Positions 18,422-27,407 of a stretch of DNA of 64,000 bases are shown in pieces. Position 1 is the first letter of the stretch, and each line of letters opens with the position of its first letter. The notes under the pieces are model-generated. The model was not told the DNA's origin, made no database searches, and saw nothing but the letters and a program-made list of their open reading frames with translations. The stretch is from Limisphaerales bacterium (GTDB lineage: Bacteria > Verrucomicrobiota > Verrucomicrobiia > Limisphaerales > CAIMTB01): the NCBI GenBank assembly GCA_050250555.1, contig JBFWOK010000007.1:6807-70806 (forward strand). The letters are read 5' to 3'. Both the position numbers and the translations under genes were made by a program.

Positions 18422-19750
18422 TCAGCGCGGATTCCACCAGGAATCCAAGGCCCTTTGAAGACGTCGAACCCGTCGGGACTGGGTTTCCGCGAGGTTCCTC
18501 GTCTCGAGCGGATCCGCTCCCAGGTCGTAGAGTTCCACGCTGCCGCCAGGTTCATTCCAGGCGGCGGGCGCGATCAGCTTCCAGTTGCCCTCGACCCGCC
18601 ACCGCCATCGCAGACCGCTGGAAGGTCGATCCAGATCCACCGCGTCGTGGGTGAAACACGCGCCATTCACCGCCCCGCGTCGACGGATCGCGCGCGGATC
18701 CCGGAGATTGATCCCCGGAAGCCCCTCGGGCGGAACCATCCCGACCACGGAAAGGATCGTCGGCATCAGGTCCACGCTGCTCACCGGTGTCTCGATCCGG
18801 TTCGGCGCGATCCTTCCGGGCCAACGCAGGAGAATTGGGGTCCTCAAACCACCGTCGTAAGGGGATTGCTTCGACTTCGAAGCATAGCGACCCGTCGCCG
18901 GATCGGTGATCCAACCGTTGTCGGCGACGAACACCACCAGCGTGTTGGAACTCGCGCCGCGGCTTTCGAGGGCATCCAGCAACTGCCCGCAGGTTTCGTC
19001 GAACCACTCGACCATCGCCCAGTACCGGGCCACTGGAAGCGACGGCGTCCGATCGCGGTACTTCGCCAGCAACCGCTCGGGAGGCGTGTGAGGGTCGTGG
19101 GGCATCAACGGCGCGTACCACACCAGCCAGGGCTTTCCCTCCCGCCCGGCCGCATCCACGAAATCCAGGATCGGTTGAAGGCCTTTCCGACCGATCTCCA
19201 GCCCGGCGTCCCCGTGCCGCCCCCCGCGATCCTCGTCCCCGAGGGTCATTCCATGGGTGAATCCCCCGCGTGAAAAATGCCCCTGCCACCACTTGCCACT
19301 CTGAAAACTCAAATACCCTTCGCGGCCCAGCCATCGGGGCAACGTCGGAGTCTCCTCCATGAATCGCGCCATGCGTTCCCGGCCTTCCCGATACTCGGCG
19401 CTCCGATAGTACCCGGCCGCCGCCCGCCCTCGCCGAGGCGCGGGATCATTGCACACGACCCGATGCTCGTGCGGGTATCGCCCCGTGAGAATCGACGCGA
19501 GACTCGGACAACAGAGACTCGCGGGAACGTATCCGCGCGGGAACACAAGCGATTCCGACGCGAGTCGATCCAATCGCGGCGTCCGCACCTCCGGATGTCC
19601 CATGAAGCCGTAATCGGTCCAGGCCTGATCGTCCGAGACGATCAGGAGGACGTTCGGCCGCGCGGTCCCGTCCGAGGCGCCACCCGCCGCGAACCCGGCC
19701 CAGCCCATGAGAAACGGAACCAGGATGAGAATCGCGCCTCGTGACAGCAT
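18422..19750 (-). CDS. sulfatase-family protein with atypical C-C-P-S-L signature
   Basis: ATG at 19750 plus signal peptide. NVLLIVSDDQAWTDYG, SLCCPSLASILTGRYP, WLVWYAPLMPHDPH and VVFVADNGW are the arylsulfatase fold. The Arg of CxPxR is Leu (codon CTC at 19501-19499). Confidence 0.8.
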   Translation of the reverse strand: MLSRGAILILVPFLMGWAGFAAGGASDGTARPNVLLIVSDDQAWTDYGFMGHPEVRTPRLDRLASESLVFPRGYVPASLCCPSLASILTGRYPHEHRVVCNDPAPRRGRAAAGYYRSAEYREGRERMARFMEETPTLPRWLGREGYLSFQSGKWWQGHFSRGGFTHGMTLGDEDRGGRHGDAGLEIGRKGLQPILDFVDAAGREGKPWLVWYAPLMPHDPHTPPERLLAKYRDRTPSLPVARYWAMVEWFDETCGQLLDALESRGASSNTLVVFVADNGWITDPATGRYASKSKQSPYDGGLRTPILLRWPGRIAPNRIETPVSSVDLMPTILSVVGMVPPEGLPGINLRDPRAIRRRGAVNGACFTHDAVDLDRPSSGLRWRWRVEGNWKLIAPAAWNEPGGSVELYDLGADPLETRNLAETQSRRVRRLQRALDSWWNPR

Positions 19751-19896
19751 GATGCGCGTTCGTCTAGCGACGGGGACCGTCCAGCTCAAGCCATTCCCGA
19801 GCGAAGCGGTTCCCCAGGCGCGCACGATTCAGCCCGGCTCGGTTCGAATCGGTTCGGTTCCGCCGCGTTGACCGGAAGGCGAGAAAAAGCGGCGCT

Positions 19897-22446
19897 TCAA
19901 GGCCACGACTTCAGGAGCCCGCTCACGTCACCCCGGAGATCCCGGAACCCGGGCCAACGATGGAACGTGATGAAATTCGCGTCATGGCTTCCGTGGGCGC
20001 CGCCTTCGCCGTCGTCGTAAGCCGTCCTCACCAGCGCGACCAGGTCGTCGCCCTCCACCTGCCAGTCGGCATACTGGAACCCGTGATTCTCCCGATCCGG
20101 ATGGTGCAGCACCACGGCGCGCAATTCCCAGTTCCTCAGATCCATCGACCGCGCCAAGGCCAGGGTGTTCCGCGTCCGTTCCACATTTCCACCGCGCTGC
20201 TCAGGCGGGATGTAGTTCCCAAGAGTCCAGTACGCGCGGGCCACCGGATCCCATCGCACCGTGAACTTCTTGCACCCCCCCGGGAACCCGATGAACCCGG
20301 TCCGCGGATCAAACCGCGAAACCGTCCCGTCCGCGCTCACGTCGATCCATGCGGCCTTTTCCTCCGGGTCGCGATAGTCGGCGCGCAGCAGATTCACAAT
20401 CCGACCGTCCGGCGCCACCACCGCGTTCCCCTCCAACCAACCTCCGAACCGACCGCCCAACCCGTCGGGATCGCGCCCCAGCCGGTTGCTCGCGGTCCAT
20501 TGCGATGCATCGAGAAGGTCCGCGTTCTCGGGCGCCGACATCATGAACGCCCGGAAGTTGCTTCCCCAACCGCCCGGCCCCATCACGTCCTCGAAGGCCC
20601 GCCAGATCCGCCCTCCATGGACCACCACCGGCGTCGGAGCGCAGTGGTACTTCGCATCCGAGAGCAGCAACCCCGTCCGCCCGTCCTCGGGCTTCGTCCA
20701 GGTGCGTCCCTGATCCTTCGACCTTCGGATCACGACATCCCCGTCCTGCCGGCTGGTCCCGATCAGATGAAGCGCTCCACGATGAACAAAGAGCGTCGAC
20801 CAGAATCCACCCTCGATGTCCGCCCGCTTGGCCCAGGTTCGTCCCCGATCCCGCGACGCATGGATGGCCACCCGGTCACCCGTGGTGCCGGGTCCGAAGA
20901 AGTCATGGGACGCGATCCATTCGCCGTCGGGCATTTGGACGAGGCTGGGTGACCCCAGATAGGTCCTACTGGATGCCGGGGAATGGGCGACCACGACTCC
21001 CGGCGGCCCCCCGCGCGGAGTCGGGTTTCGGGTGGGCATGGGCGCGCCCACCCGCTCGCGCCAGGCCACGAGTTCCCGATGCAGTTCCCGGACCAACCCG
21101 GGTTGGTCGCCCGCGAGATTGCGGAGCTGCCCGGGATCCCGCGCGAGATCGTGGAGTTCCACGCGTCCCGTCTCGAAAAACTCCAGCAGCTTCAGATCGC
21201 CCCGCCGCACCGCGCCCGCCGGCGTGGTCCGCCAAATGTCCGGGCCCGATCCGAGATAGCCGGGAAAGTGCCAGAACAACGTATCCCGCGGCAGGCGCGC
21301 CTCCGGCCCGCCGAGCAGGATCGGATTCAGGTCGACACCGTCGACCACGTGCCCGGCCGGAAGCCCCGCGCCGGAAACCCCCACCATCGTCGGAAACACG
21401 TCCACGCCGTGGACGGGCGTGCCGCTCGTGGATCCCGCGGCCACGTGCCCCGGCCAACGAACGATGAACGGAACCCGGACTCCTCCCTCGTAGAGCATCC
21501 CTTTCCCGCCCCGCAACGGTCCGTTGGCGGTGATCGATTCGCGCGTGGGAACACCCGCCGCCGCGTACCCCCCAACCCCTCCATTGTCGCTGGTGAAGAT
21601 CACGAGGGTGTCGGCCGCCAACCCAAGTTCGTCGAGCAACCCCGTCACCCGCCCCACACTCTCGTCCACGCTCGCGATCATTCCCGCGTACACCGGGTTC
21701 CAATGACCGCCCGCCGCCGGTTTCCCGCGAAACGCCGCCGCCCGTTCCGGCTTGGCTCGGTGCGGCGAATGGACCGCGAAATGGTGAAGGCAAAGAAGGA
21801 ACGGTTGGTCACGATGCCGACGGATGAAGTCCTCCGCCCTGTCGGTCAGGAAATCCGCCAGATACTCCTTATCGCCCACTTCCACCGGCGGAATCGTTTG
21901 AAACCCGTAATGCCGGCCCTCGGAGACCAGCGCCTCGTCGAACCCCTGCGCCCGCGGATGATGGGCCGGATCCGAACCCAGGTGCCACTTGCCAAAGAGC
22001 CCTGTCGCGTACCGTCTTTCCCGAAGCACCTCCGCGAAGGTCACCGCCTCGGGAGCCAACCGAACCGTGTTCGCCACCGGCGCCAGCGGCCGCATCGACC
22101 AATCGAATCGGTTCGTGTTCCCCACAGTGTAAATGCCCGTGCGAGGACCATACTGCCCCGTCATCAGCGCGGCCCGACTCGGCTGGCAATTGGGGCCCGC
22201 CGAGTAGGCATGCGTGAACCGCATCCCCTGGGCCGCCAACCGGTCGATGTGCGGCGTCTCGTAGTACGTGCTCCCCTGGCATCCCAGGTCCGCCCATCCG
22301 AGGTCATCCGCCATGATGAACACGATGTTGGGCGGACGCTCCGCCGCGAGCGCCACGCCCTGAATTCCGAGACCCTGCATCCACAGGGCCAACCCCACGA
22401 AAATCGATCCAAGGACAGTTCCCGTTCCCTTCCCCCAATTCCGCAT
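19897..22446 (-). CDS. sulfatase fused to a C-terminal BNR/sialidase-like beta-propeller domain
   Basis: ATG at 22446 plus signal peptide. NIVFIMADDLGWADLG and NCQPSRAALMTGQYG give a canonical CxPSR. The C-terminal ~370 aa carry Asp-box-like SRDRGRTW and SKDQGRTW. Confidence 0.8.
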   Translation of the reverse strand: MRNWGKGTGTVLGSIFVGLALWMQGLGIQGVALAAERPPNIVFIMADDLGWADLGCQGSTYYETPHIDRLAAQGMRFTHAYSAGPNCQPSRAALMTGQYGPRTGIYTVGNTNRFDWSMRPLAPVANTVRLAPEAVTFAEVLRERRYATGLFGKWHLGSDPAHHPRAQGFDEALVSEGRHYGFQTIPPVEVGDKEYLADFLTDRAEDFIRRHRDQPFLLCLHHFAVHSPHRAKPERAAAFRGKPAAGGHWNPVYAGMIASVDESVGRVTGLLDELGLAADTLVIFTSDNGGVGGYAAAGVPTRESITANGPLRGGKGMLYEGGVRVPFIVRWPGHVAAGSTSGTPVHGVDVFPTMVGVSGAGLPAGHVVDGVDLNPILLGGPEARLPRDTLFWHFPGYLGSGPDIWRTTPAGAVRRGDLKLLEFFETGRVELHDLARDPGQLRNLAGDQPGLVRELHRELVAWRERVGAPMPTRNPTPRGGPPGVVVAHSPASSRTYLGSPSLVQMPDGEWIASHDFFGPGTTGDRVAIHASRDRGRTWAKRADIEGGFWSTLFVHRGALHLIGTSRQDGDVVIRRSKDQGRTWTKPEDGRTGLLLSDAKYHCAPTPVVVHGGRIWRAFEDVMGPGGWGSNFRAFMMSAPENADLLDASQWTASNRLGRDPDGLGGRFGGWLEGNAVVAPDGRIVNLLRADYRDPEEKAAWIDVSADGTVSRFDPRTGFIGFPGGCKKFTVRWDPVARAYWTLGNYIPPEQRGGNVERTRNTLALARSMDLRNWELRAVVLHHPDRENHGFQYADWQVEGDDLVALVRTAYDDGEGGAHGSHDANFITFHRWPGFRDLRGDVSGLLKSWP

Positions 22447-22823
22447 GAAAGACCTGCCATGGGCCTCGGATCGGGTCGGTGAGGCGTTCCCGCCCGTCGG
22501 CCGTTCGCTCACAATCGGAGAACGATTCGGCGCCGTCACCGCCACCACCACCGCGCTACTGAATTCATCGAAGGGGAGCATGTCCGATTCTGATCCGCCC
22601 GCCCCGGGAAACGCGAGCCGGCGGTGCCCTCGGATGGAGCCCTCGGATGGACTTCGCCCCCGTCACCCACGCTTGCGAACCCTCCCGCGTCCTCCCCGAT
22701 TTTCCGGAGACGTGACCCGAATCCGTTTCCCGCACCCCATCGCCCCCCCTGCTCCGCCCGATCGATCGCGCCTCGGTTCCCTTCCTCGCCCCACTCGGCG
22801 CCGCCGTCCGGCCCGGCGCCGGG

Positions 22824-25800
22824 TCAAGGCTCCGCCGGCGTCGAGCCAGGAGCCGCGGCCTCGACTTTTCGCACCACCATGGCGAGCAACGGGCTGTAAT
22901 AGCGGCCCCCGGGCTCCAGGTACCGGCCATCGCGCGCTCCACGACACCAAAGAAGGGCGTCCGCATGGCGCCCCGCCCGCCACAAAGTTTCGATCACCAG
23001 GTAAAGCACCTGTCCCGGCGCCTGGTAGTCGAGTTCGAACCGTCCGACCGCCGGCACGCCGGCATTCATCAGAAGGGCCTCGGTCGCGAGTTGAAAAAAC
23101 CGGGCGTCATCTCCCAGGTCCCAGGCGATCTCCGCGAGTCGCAGCCGATGCGATTGGCGATGCGTGTCGTCCACTTCGATCAAACGCTCCAGCACCGTCA
23201 CCAGTTCCTTGGATGGCGGCTGGTAGTAGGCCGATCTCTGGTACCGGTACGCGTGCATCAGATGCCTCGAGTAGATCCGAAGCACCTCCATTTCGGATTT
23301 CGCATTTTCGAGGATCGTGTCCCGCACGCGGCTCATCCGTTGGGCCTCCAATTCCGAGACCGGAAGCGGGAAATCGAGCTTCGCCGAAAATTCGGCCACC
23401 AGGGTCGACTCGGGCGCCATATCCCGCCACCGCTCGAGAATGGACCGCAACGTCCGCGCGCTGGGCAGCTTGAAAGTCGTGTGGAATAGCGCGAACGACT
23501 GCATGTCCGTCACCGTCAGAGGGTGCCGGCCCAGATACTCCCCGAGCAACGTGGCCGGCCTCCGCGACAACGTCTCGTTGAACACCTCGTGAATCGTCGC
23601 GTCATTCCGCGCGAAGAACCCGCGCTCCGCCATGTACTCCAGCGTCGGGAAATAGTCGCTGTGTCGCGCGGTCTCGGGCGGCGCGAGAAATGGCGCGTTG
23701 TAGTCCGAAACGATCTGCAACCCCAACAGGACGGGTAGTCGAAAGAGGTCCACCCGCCGCAGATCCTCCGTCACCTCGGGCTCGTCAAACCGCTCCTGAA
23801 GGGCGTCCAACTCGACCCGGTTCGGCGCCAACGACCCCACCAGGACCAGGTCGCCCGGCAACGTCTGCCAGATCGTGACGAACGGGAACGACGACGTCAC
23901 CGTTGCGAGCACCGTCTGAAGGGTCGCGTCGTCGCTCTCGTAGATGTGCACCCACTGCACCATCAATCCTCCCGGCTTCAGGCTTCGCCGACAGGTCTCG
24001 TAGAACTCCGCGCTGAACACGCCCGCGACCCCCGCCATCCACGGATTCGACGGCTCGCTGATGATCACGTCGTACGTCTTTCCCGAGGTCTTCAGGAACG
24101 ATTTCGCGTCGTCCAGGACCACGGTCACGCGAGGATCGTCCAACGCTCCGCGATTGTGCGCCCCGAAGGCGGTCCGCGCCGCCTCCGCCACCTCCGGGGA
24201 AATCTCGATCGCATCCACGTGACGGACCGTCCGGTGGGTCAGCGCCGACGCGCAGGTCGTCCCGCTCCCCACCCCGACCACCATCACGTCCTGGGCGTCC
24301 AGCTTGAGCAGAAGCGGGATGTGAGCGAGCAGCACCTGGGTCGACAAATCTCCCTGCGTGGTCGCATCCGCCTTCCCATTCACCCTCAACGCCAACTCCG
24401 TCTTGGAGTTCACCGGGTTCGTCCACGTGCTCACCGCCACCGAAGCTCCCGCGCCGTCCCGGTAGTAGCGAAGGTCGAGGGTCCGAACCATTTCCCGGTA
24501 CTCCGACAGCGACTCCGGCACCACCTTCGACCGCCACAAACCCAGGGAAAACGCCTGTTCCCAGGTCGCCTTCAAATAGGCCCCGGCCACCCACATGAGC
24601 CCCAGGACAATCAACGGCGATCCCCACGCAACCGCCCGCGCCAGCGGGACGCGACGTCGAAGCAATACGACCAGCGCGATCGCCAGGTTCAAACCCACCC
24701 CCAGGGCGAACGACCGCGCCAGCCCCAGCCACGGAAGAAGAACCAAACCCGCCAACGCCGCGCCCAAGACCGTCCCCAGCGTGTTCACCGAGAACACCAG
24801 GCCCACGCTCCTTCCCGTCCGGGCCAGTTCCGCCGTCGCCACCCGGCTCGCCAGCGGCAACGTCATCCCCAGACACAGCGCCGGCACGAACATCACCAGG
24901 AAACAAACCAGCAACTGCACCCCCTGGTAGATGCCGTGGGTCTCCGGACTCCGCGTCACCATCAATCCCAGCCGGATGAAGACGTACGGCAGGTAATGAT
25001 AGAAGAACATCGAACCCAGCAACGTCAGCGCCAGCGCCAGTTCCGCCCATCCAAACGCGTCGAAAGTCCTTCGCAAACCCCGCCAGCGCCCCACCCACCA
25101 CGCACCCACCGCGATCCCCGTGATGAACGTCAGAAGCATGATCGAAAAGGCATGGGTCGAGGATCCCAGCACCAGCGCCAGCAACCGCGTCCACACCACC
25201 TCGTAGAGCATCGCCACAAACCCCGAAAGCCCCGCCGCCGCCACCGCCAACCGAAGCTCAAACGGCGAATACGTCTCCTCCGATCCAACGGCCCCAACCC
25301 CTGCTTCACCGCCCCCGACCGGACGCCCGGCACCCCCCATCGACTCCCGCATCCACGCATTCACCACCAAGGCCACCCCGCCCACCACCGCGTTCAGAAC
25401 CGCCCCCCCCACAACCGTCGCGTCCAATCCGTACGCCGGGATCCACCAGAAATCGGCGACCAACACCCCGATCACCGCCCCCGCGCTGTTCACGAAGTAC
25501 AGTCCCGCCACACGCGCCCGGAGTTCCCCCAGCGATCGCGTCACCAGCCGGGTCAGGATCGGCAGCGTCCCACCCATCAGCGTCGTCGGCACCAGTATCG
25601 CCGCGAAACTGAAGGCGAACTTCAGCGCCAGAAGGCCGGGACTCCCCGGCGCGGCCGCCCTTCCCATAGCCTCGTAGGCCCCCTGGCAGATCTCGAAATA
25701 GGTCGGGAACAACATCGCGTACGCCGCGATGCCGATCTCCAGCCACGCGTACAACGCCAGCGGACGCTCGATCCGGTCCGCGTACCTTCCCAGCCAGGCA

Positions 25801-25979
25801 TTCCCCAACGCCAGCCCCCCCATGAAAGCCACCAGCACCGCCACCACCGCGTAGCTCGTGTGCCCCAGGAAAAGGGCCAGATACCGCGCCCAAACCACCT
25901 GGTAGACCAACCCGGCGATCCCCGACAGCAGGAGGCAAACGAAAGCCGTCGGGTAAAGCCAGCGGACGTTGGGACTCAT
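22824..25979 (-). CDS. polytopic membrane domain fused to a spermidine-synthase-like domain and a ~330-aa helical C-terminal region
   Basis: The N-terminal ~480 aa is highly hydrophobic (LLSGIAGLVYQVVWARYLALFLG). The central part VMVVGVGSGTT...VDAIEISPEV...DVIISEPSNPWMAGVAGVFSAEFY...GGLMVQW resembles the aminopropyltransferase fold. Confidence 0.75.
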   Translation of the reverse strand: MSPNVRWLYPTAFVCLLLSGIAGLVYQVVWARYLALFLGHTSYAVVAVLVAFMGGLALGNAWLGRYADRIERPLALYAWLEIGIAAYAMLFPTYFEICQGAYEAMGRAAAPGSPGLLALKFAFSFAAILVPTTLMGGTLPILTRLVTRSLGELRARVAGLYFVNSAGAVIGVLVADFWWIPAYGLDATVVGGAVLNAVVGGVALVVNAWMRESMGGAGRPVGGGEAGVGAVGSEETYSPFELRLAVAAAGLSGFVAMLYEVVWTRLLALVLGSSTHAFSIMLLTFITGIAVGAWWVGRWRGLRRTFDAFGWAELALALTLLGSMFFYHYLPYVFIRLGLMVTRSPETHGIYQGVQLLVCFLVMFVPALCLGMTLPLASRVATAELARTGRSVGLVFSVNTLGTVLGAALAGLVLLPWLGLARSFALGVGLNLAIALVVLLRRRVPLARAVAWGSPLIVLGLMWVAGAYLKATWEQAFSLGLWRSKVVPESLSEYREMVRTLDLRYYRDGAGASVAVSTWTNPVNSKTELALRVNGKADATTQGDLSTQVLLAHIPLLLKLDAQDVMVVGVGSGTTCASALTHRTVRHVDAIEISPEVAEAARTAFGAHNRGALDDPRVTVVLDDAKSFLKTSGKTYDVIISEPSNPWMAGVAGVFSAEFYETCRRSLKPGGLMVQWVHIYESDDATLQTVLATVTSSFPFVTIWQTLPGDLVLVGSLAPNRVELDALQERFDEPEVTEDLRRVDLFRLPVLLGLQIVSDYNAPFLAPPETARHSDYFPTLEYMAERGFFARNDATIHEVFNETLSRRPATLLGEYLGRHPLTVTDMQSFALFHTTFKLPSARTLRSILERWRDMAPESTLVAEFSAKLDFPLPVSELEAQRMSRVRDTILENAKSEMEVLRIYSRHLMHAYRYQRSAYYQPPSKELVTVLERLIEVDDTHRQSHRLRLAEIAWDLGDDARFFQLATEALLMNAGVPAVGRFELDYQAPGQVLYLVIETLWRAGRHADALLWCRGARDGRYLEPGGRYYSPLLAMVVRKVEAAAPGSTPAEP

Positions 25980-26081
25980 GGCGGCCGAATATAGAAAGCT
26001 CCGAATTCAACCCGCAACGTCCGAGGCTCCAGCACGCCGCATTGCCACCACCCTCGTCCTGAAGCTAAACCTCCCCCCCGA

Positions 26082-27392
26082 ATGCTGGTCATGGTCCCTG
26101 TCTTCGCCTGCCTCGCCCTGCTGAGCGCGACCCTCCTGGTCTGGCAGTGGATCGCCGCCGCCCGCTTTCATCTCCAGCCCCCGCCCGATCCCGCCTCTCC
26201 CGCGCCCGCCGCCACCGCCCGTCATCCCCAGCTTTCACATCCGCTCCCTCCGGTTTCCATCTCCGTTCTCAAACCCGTCACCGGCAGCGACCCCGGCACC
26301 GCCGAAGCCCTCGCGTCCTGGCTCCGATTCCATTCCCAACCCGCTCATTCGGTCGAAGTCCTGTTCGGAGTCGGAAGCACCGAAGACCCCGCCCACGCGC
26401 TCGTCCTCCAGCTCCTCGACCGCCACCCCAACGCCACAGCCCGGCTCGTCGTCTGCCCGCGACACCACGCGCTCAACAGAAAGGTCGCCAAACTCATCCA
26501 CCTCGCCCGCGAAGCGCGAGGCGACGTTGTGATCATTAGCGACGCCGACGTCGCGGCCCCGCCCCACCTCCTGAACGAGTCCATCCCACTCCTCGACTCC
26601 CCGGGGACCGGCCTCGTCCACTGCCTTTACCGGATCTCCAAGGCCGACACACCGGCCAACCGATGGGAGGCCTTCGTCGTGAACGCGGACTTCTGGAGCC
26701 AGGTGCTTCAGAATCGGTCGTTCCGCCCCGTCGACTTCGCCCTCGGCGCCGTCATGATCCTCCGAAGAACCACCGTCGACGCGGTCGGAGGATTCGAAGC
26801 GCTCGCCAACGTGCTCGCCGACGACAATCGCCTCGGACGCCTCGTGGTCGACCAAGGCCTCCGAACCGTCCTGTCTCCCGTTGTCGTAGATTGCATCGCG
26901 GCACCCGCCGGCTGGAAGGAGGTCTGGCGCCACCAGCTCCGGTGGGCCGTCACGATCCGGGTGTGTCAGCCGGGCGCCTACTTCCTCAGCATCCTCGCCA
27001 ACGGCACCTTGTGGCCCATCCTCTGGGGCGCCAGCGCCGGGTCCGGTCCCGCGATCCCACTCGCCGCCCTGCTGATCGGATTCCGAGTCGTTCAGGCGAT
27101 CTCCCTGGAAAGCCGTTTCACGGGAACGCCAAGAAAATGGGCCTCCGCATGGCTCCCGCCCGTCAAGGACCTCCTCCAGGTCGGACTCTGGGTGTCCGCG
27201 TTTCTCAAGAATCACATCGTCTGGCGCGGCGCCCGATACCGCGTCAACCCCGACGGCACCCTCCAACCGGCGCTCTCCCAATTCAAACCGCCCGCCCCAC
27301 CCTCCGCCTCCGCCCCCGCCTCCGGCAAACCGCCCGACACCGACGACGCGCTGGCCGGTTCCGGAATTGGAATCCCGCGGGGGAAGAGGTAG
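26082..27392 (+). CDS. GT2/GT21-type membrane glycosyltransferase (ceramide glucosyltransferase / HpnI-like)
   Basis: ISVLKPVTGSDPG, VVIISDADV (DxD-like) and HQLRWAVTIR ((Q/R)xxRW motif), with TM segments at both ends. Confidence 0.65.
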   Translation: MLVMVPVFACLALLSATLLVWQWIAAARFHLQPPPDPASPAPAATARHPQLSHPLPPVSISVLKPVTGSDPGTAEALASWLRFHSQPAHSVEVLFGVGSTEDPAHALVLQLLDRHPNATARLVVCPRHHALNRKVAKLIHLAREARGDVVIISDADVAAPPHLLNESIPLLDSPGTGLVHCLYRISKADTPANRWEAFVVNADFWSQVLQNRSFRPVDFALGAVMILRRTTVDAVGGFEALANVLADDNRLGRLVVDQGLRTVLSPVVVDCIAAPAGWKEVWRHQLRWAVTIRVCQPGAYFLSILANGTLWPILWGASAGSGPAIPLAALLIGFRVVQAISLESRFTGTPRKWASAWLPPVKDLLQVGLWVSAFLKNHIVWRGARYRVNPDGTLQPALSQFKPPAPPSASAPASGKPPDTDDALAGSGIGIPRGKR

Positions 27393-27407
27393 GGTGGCCC
27401 CGTTGCT

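Noticed and set aside
22447-22823. 377-bp gene-free stretch upstream of the sulfatase-BNR gene with a 13-bp tandem (CCCTCGGATGGAG/CCCTCGGATGGAC at about 22627-22652).
   Set aside because: I found no credible ORF, RNA motif or promoter consensus. The listed ORFs here are shadows of the neighbouring gene's 3' end. It is recorded only as an unusually long leader that I cannot interpret.
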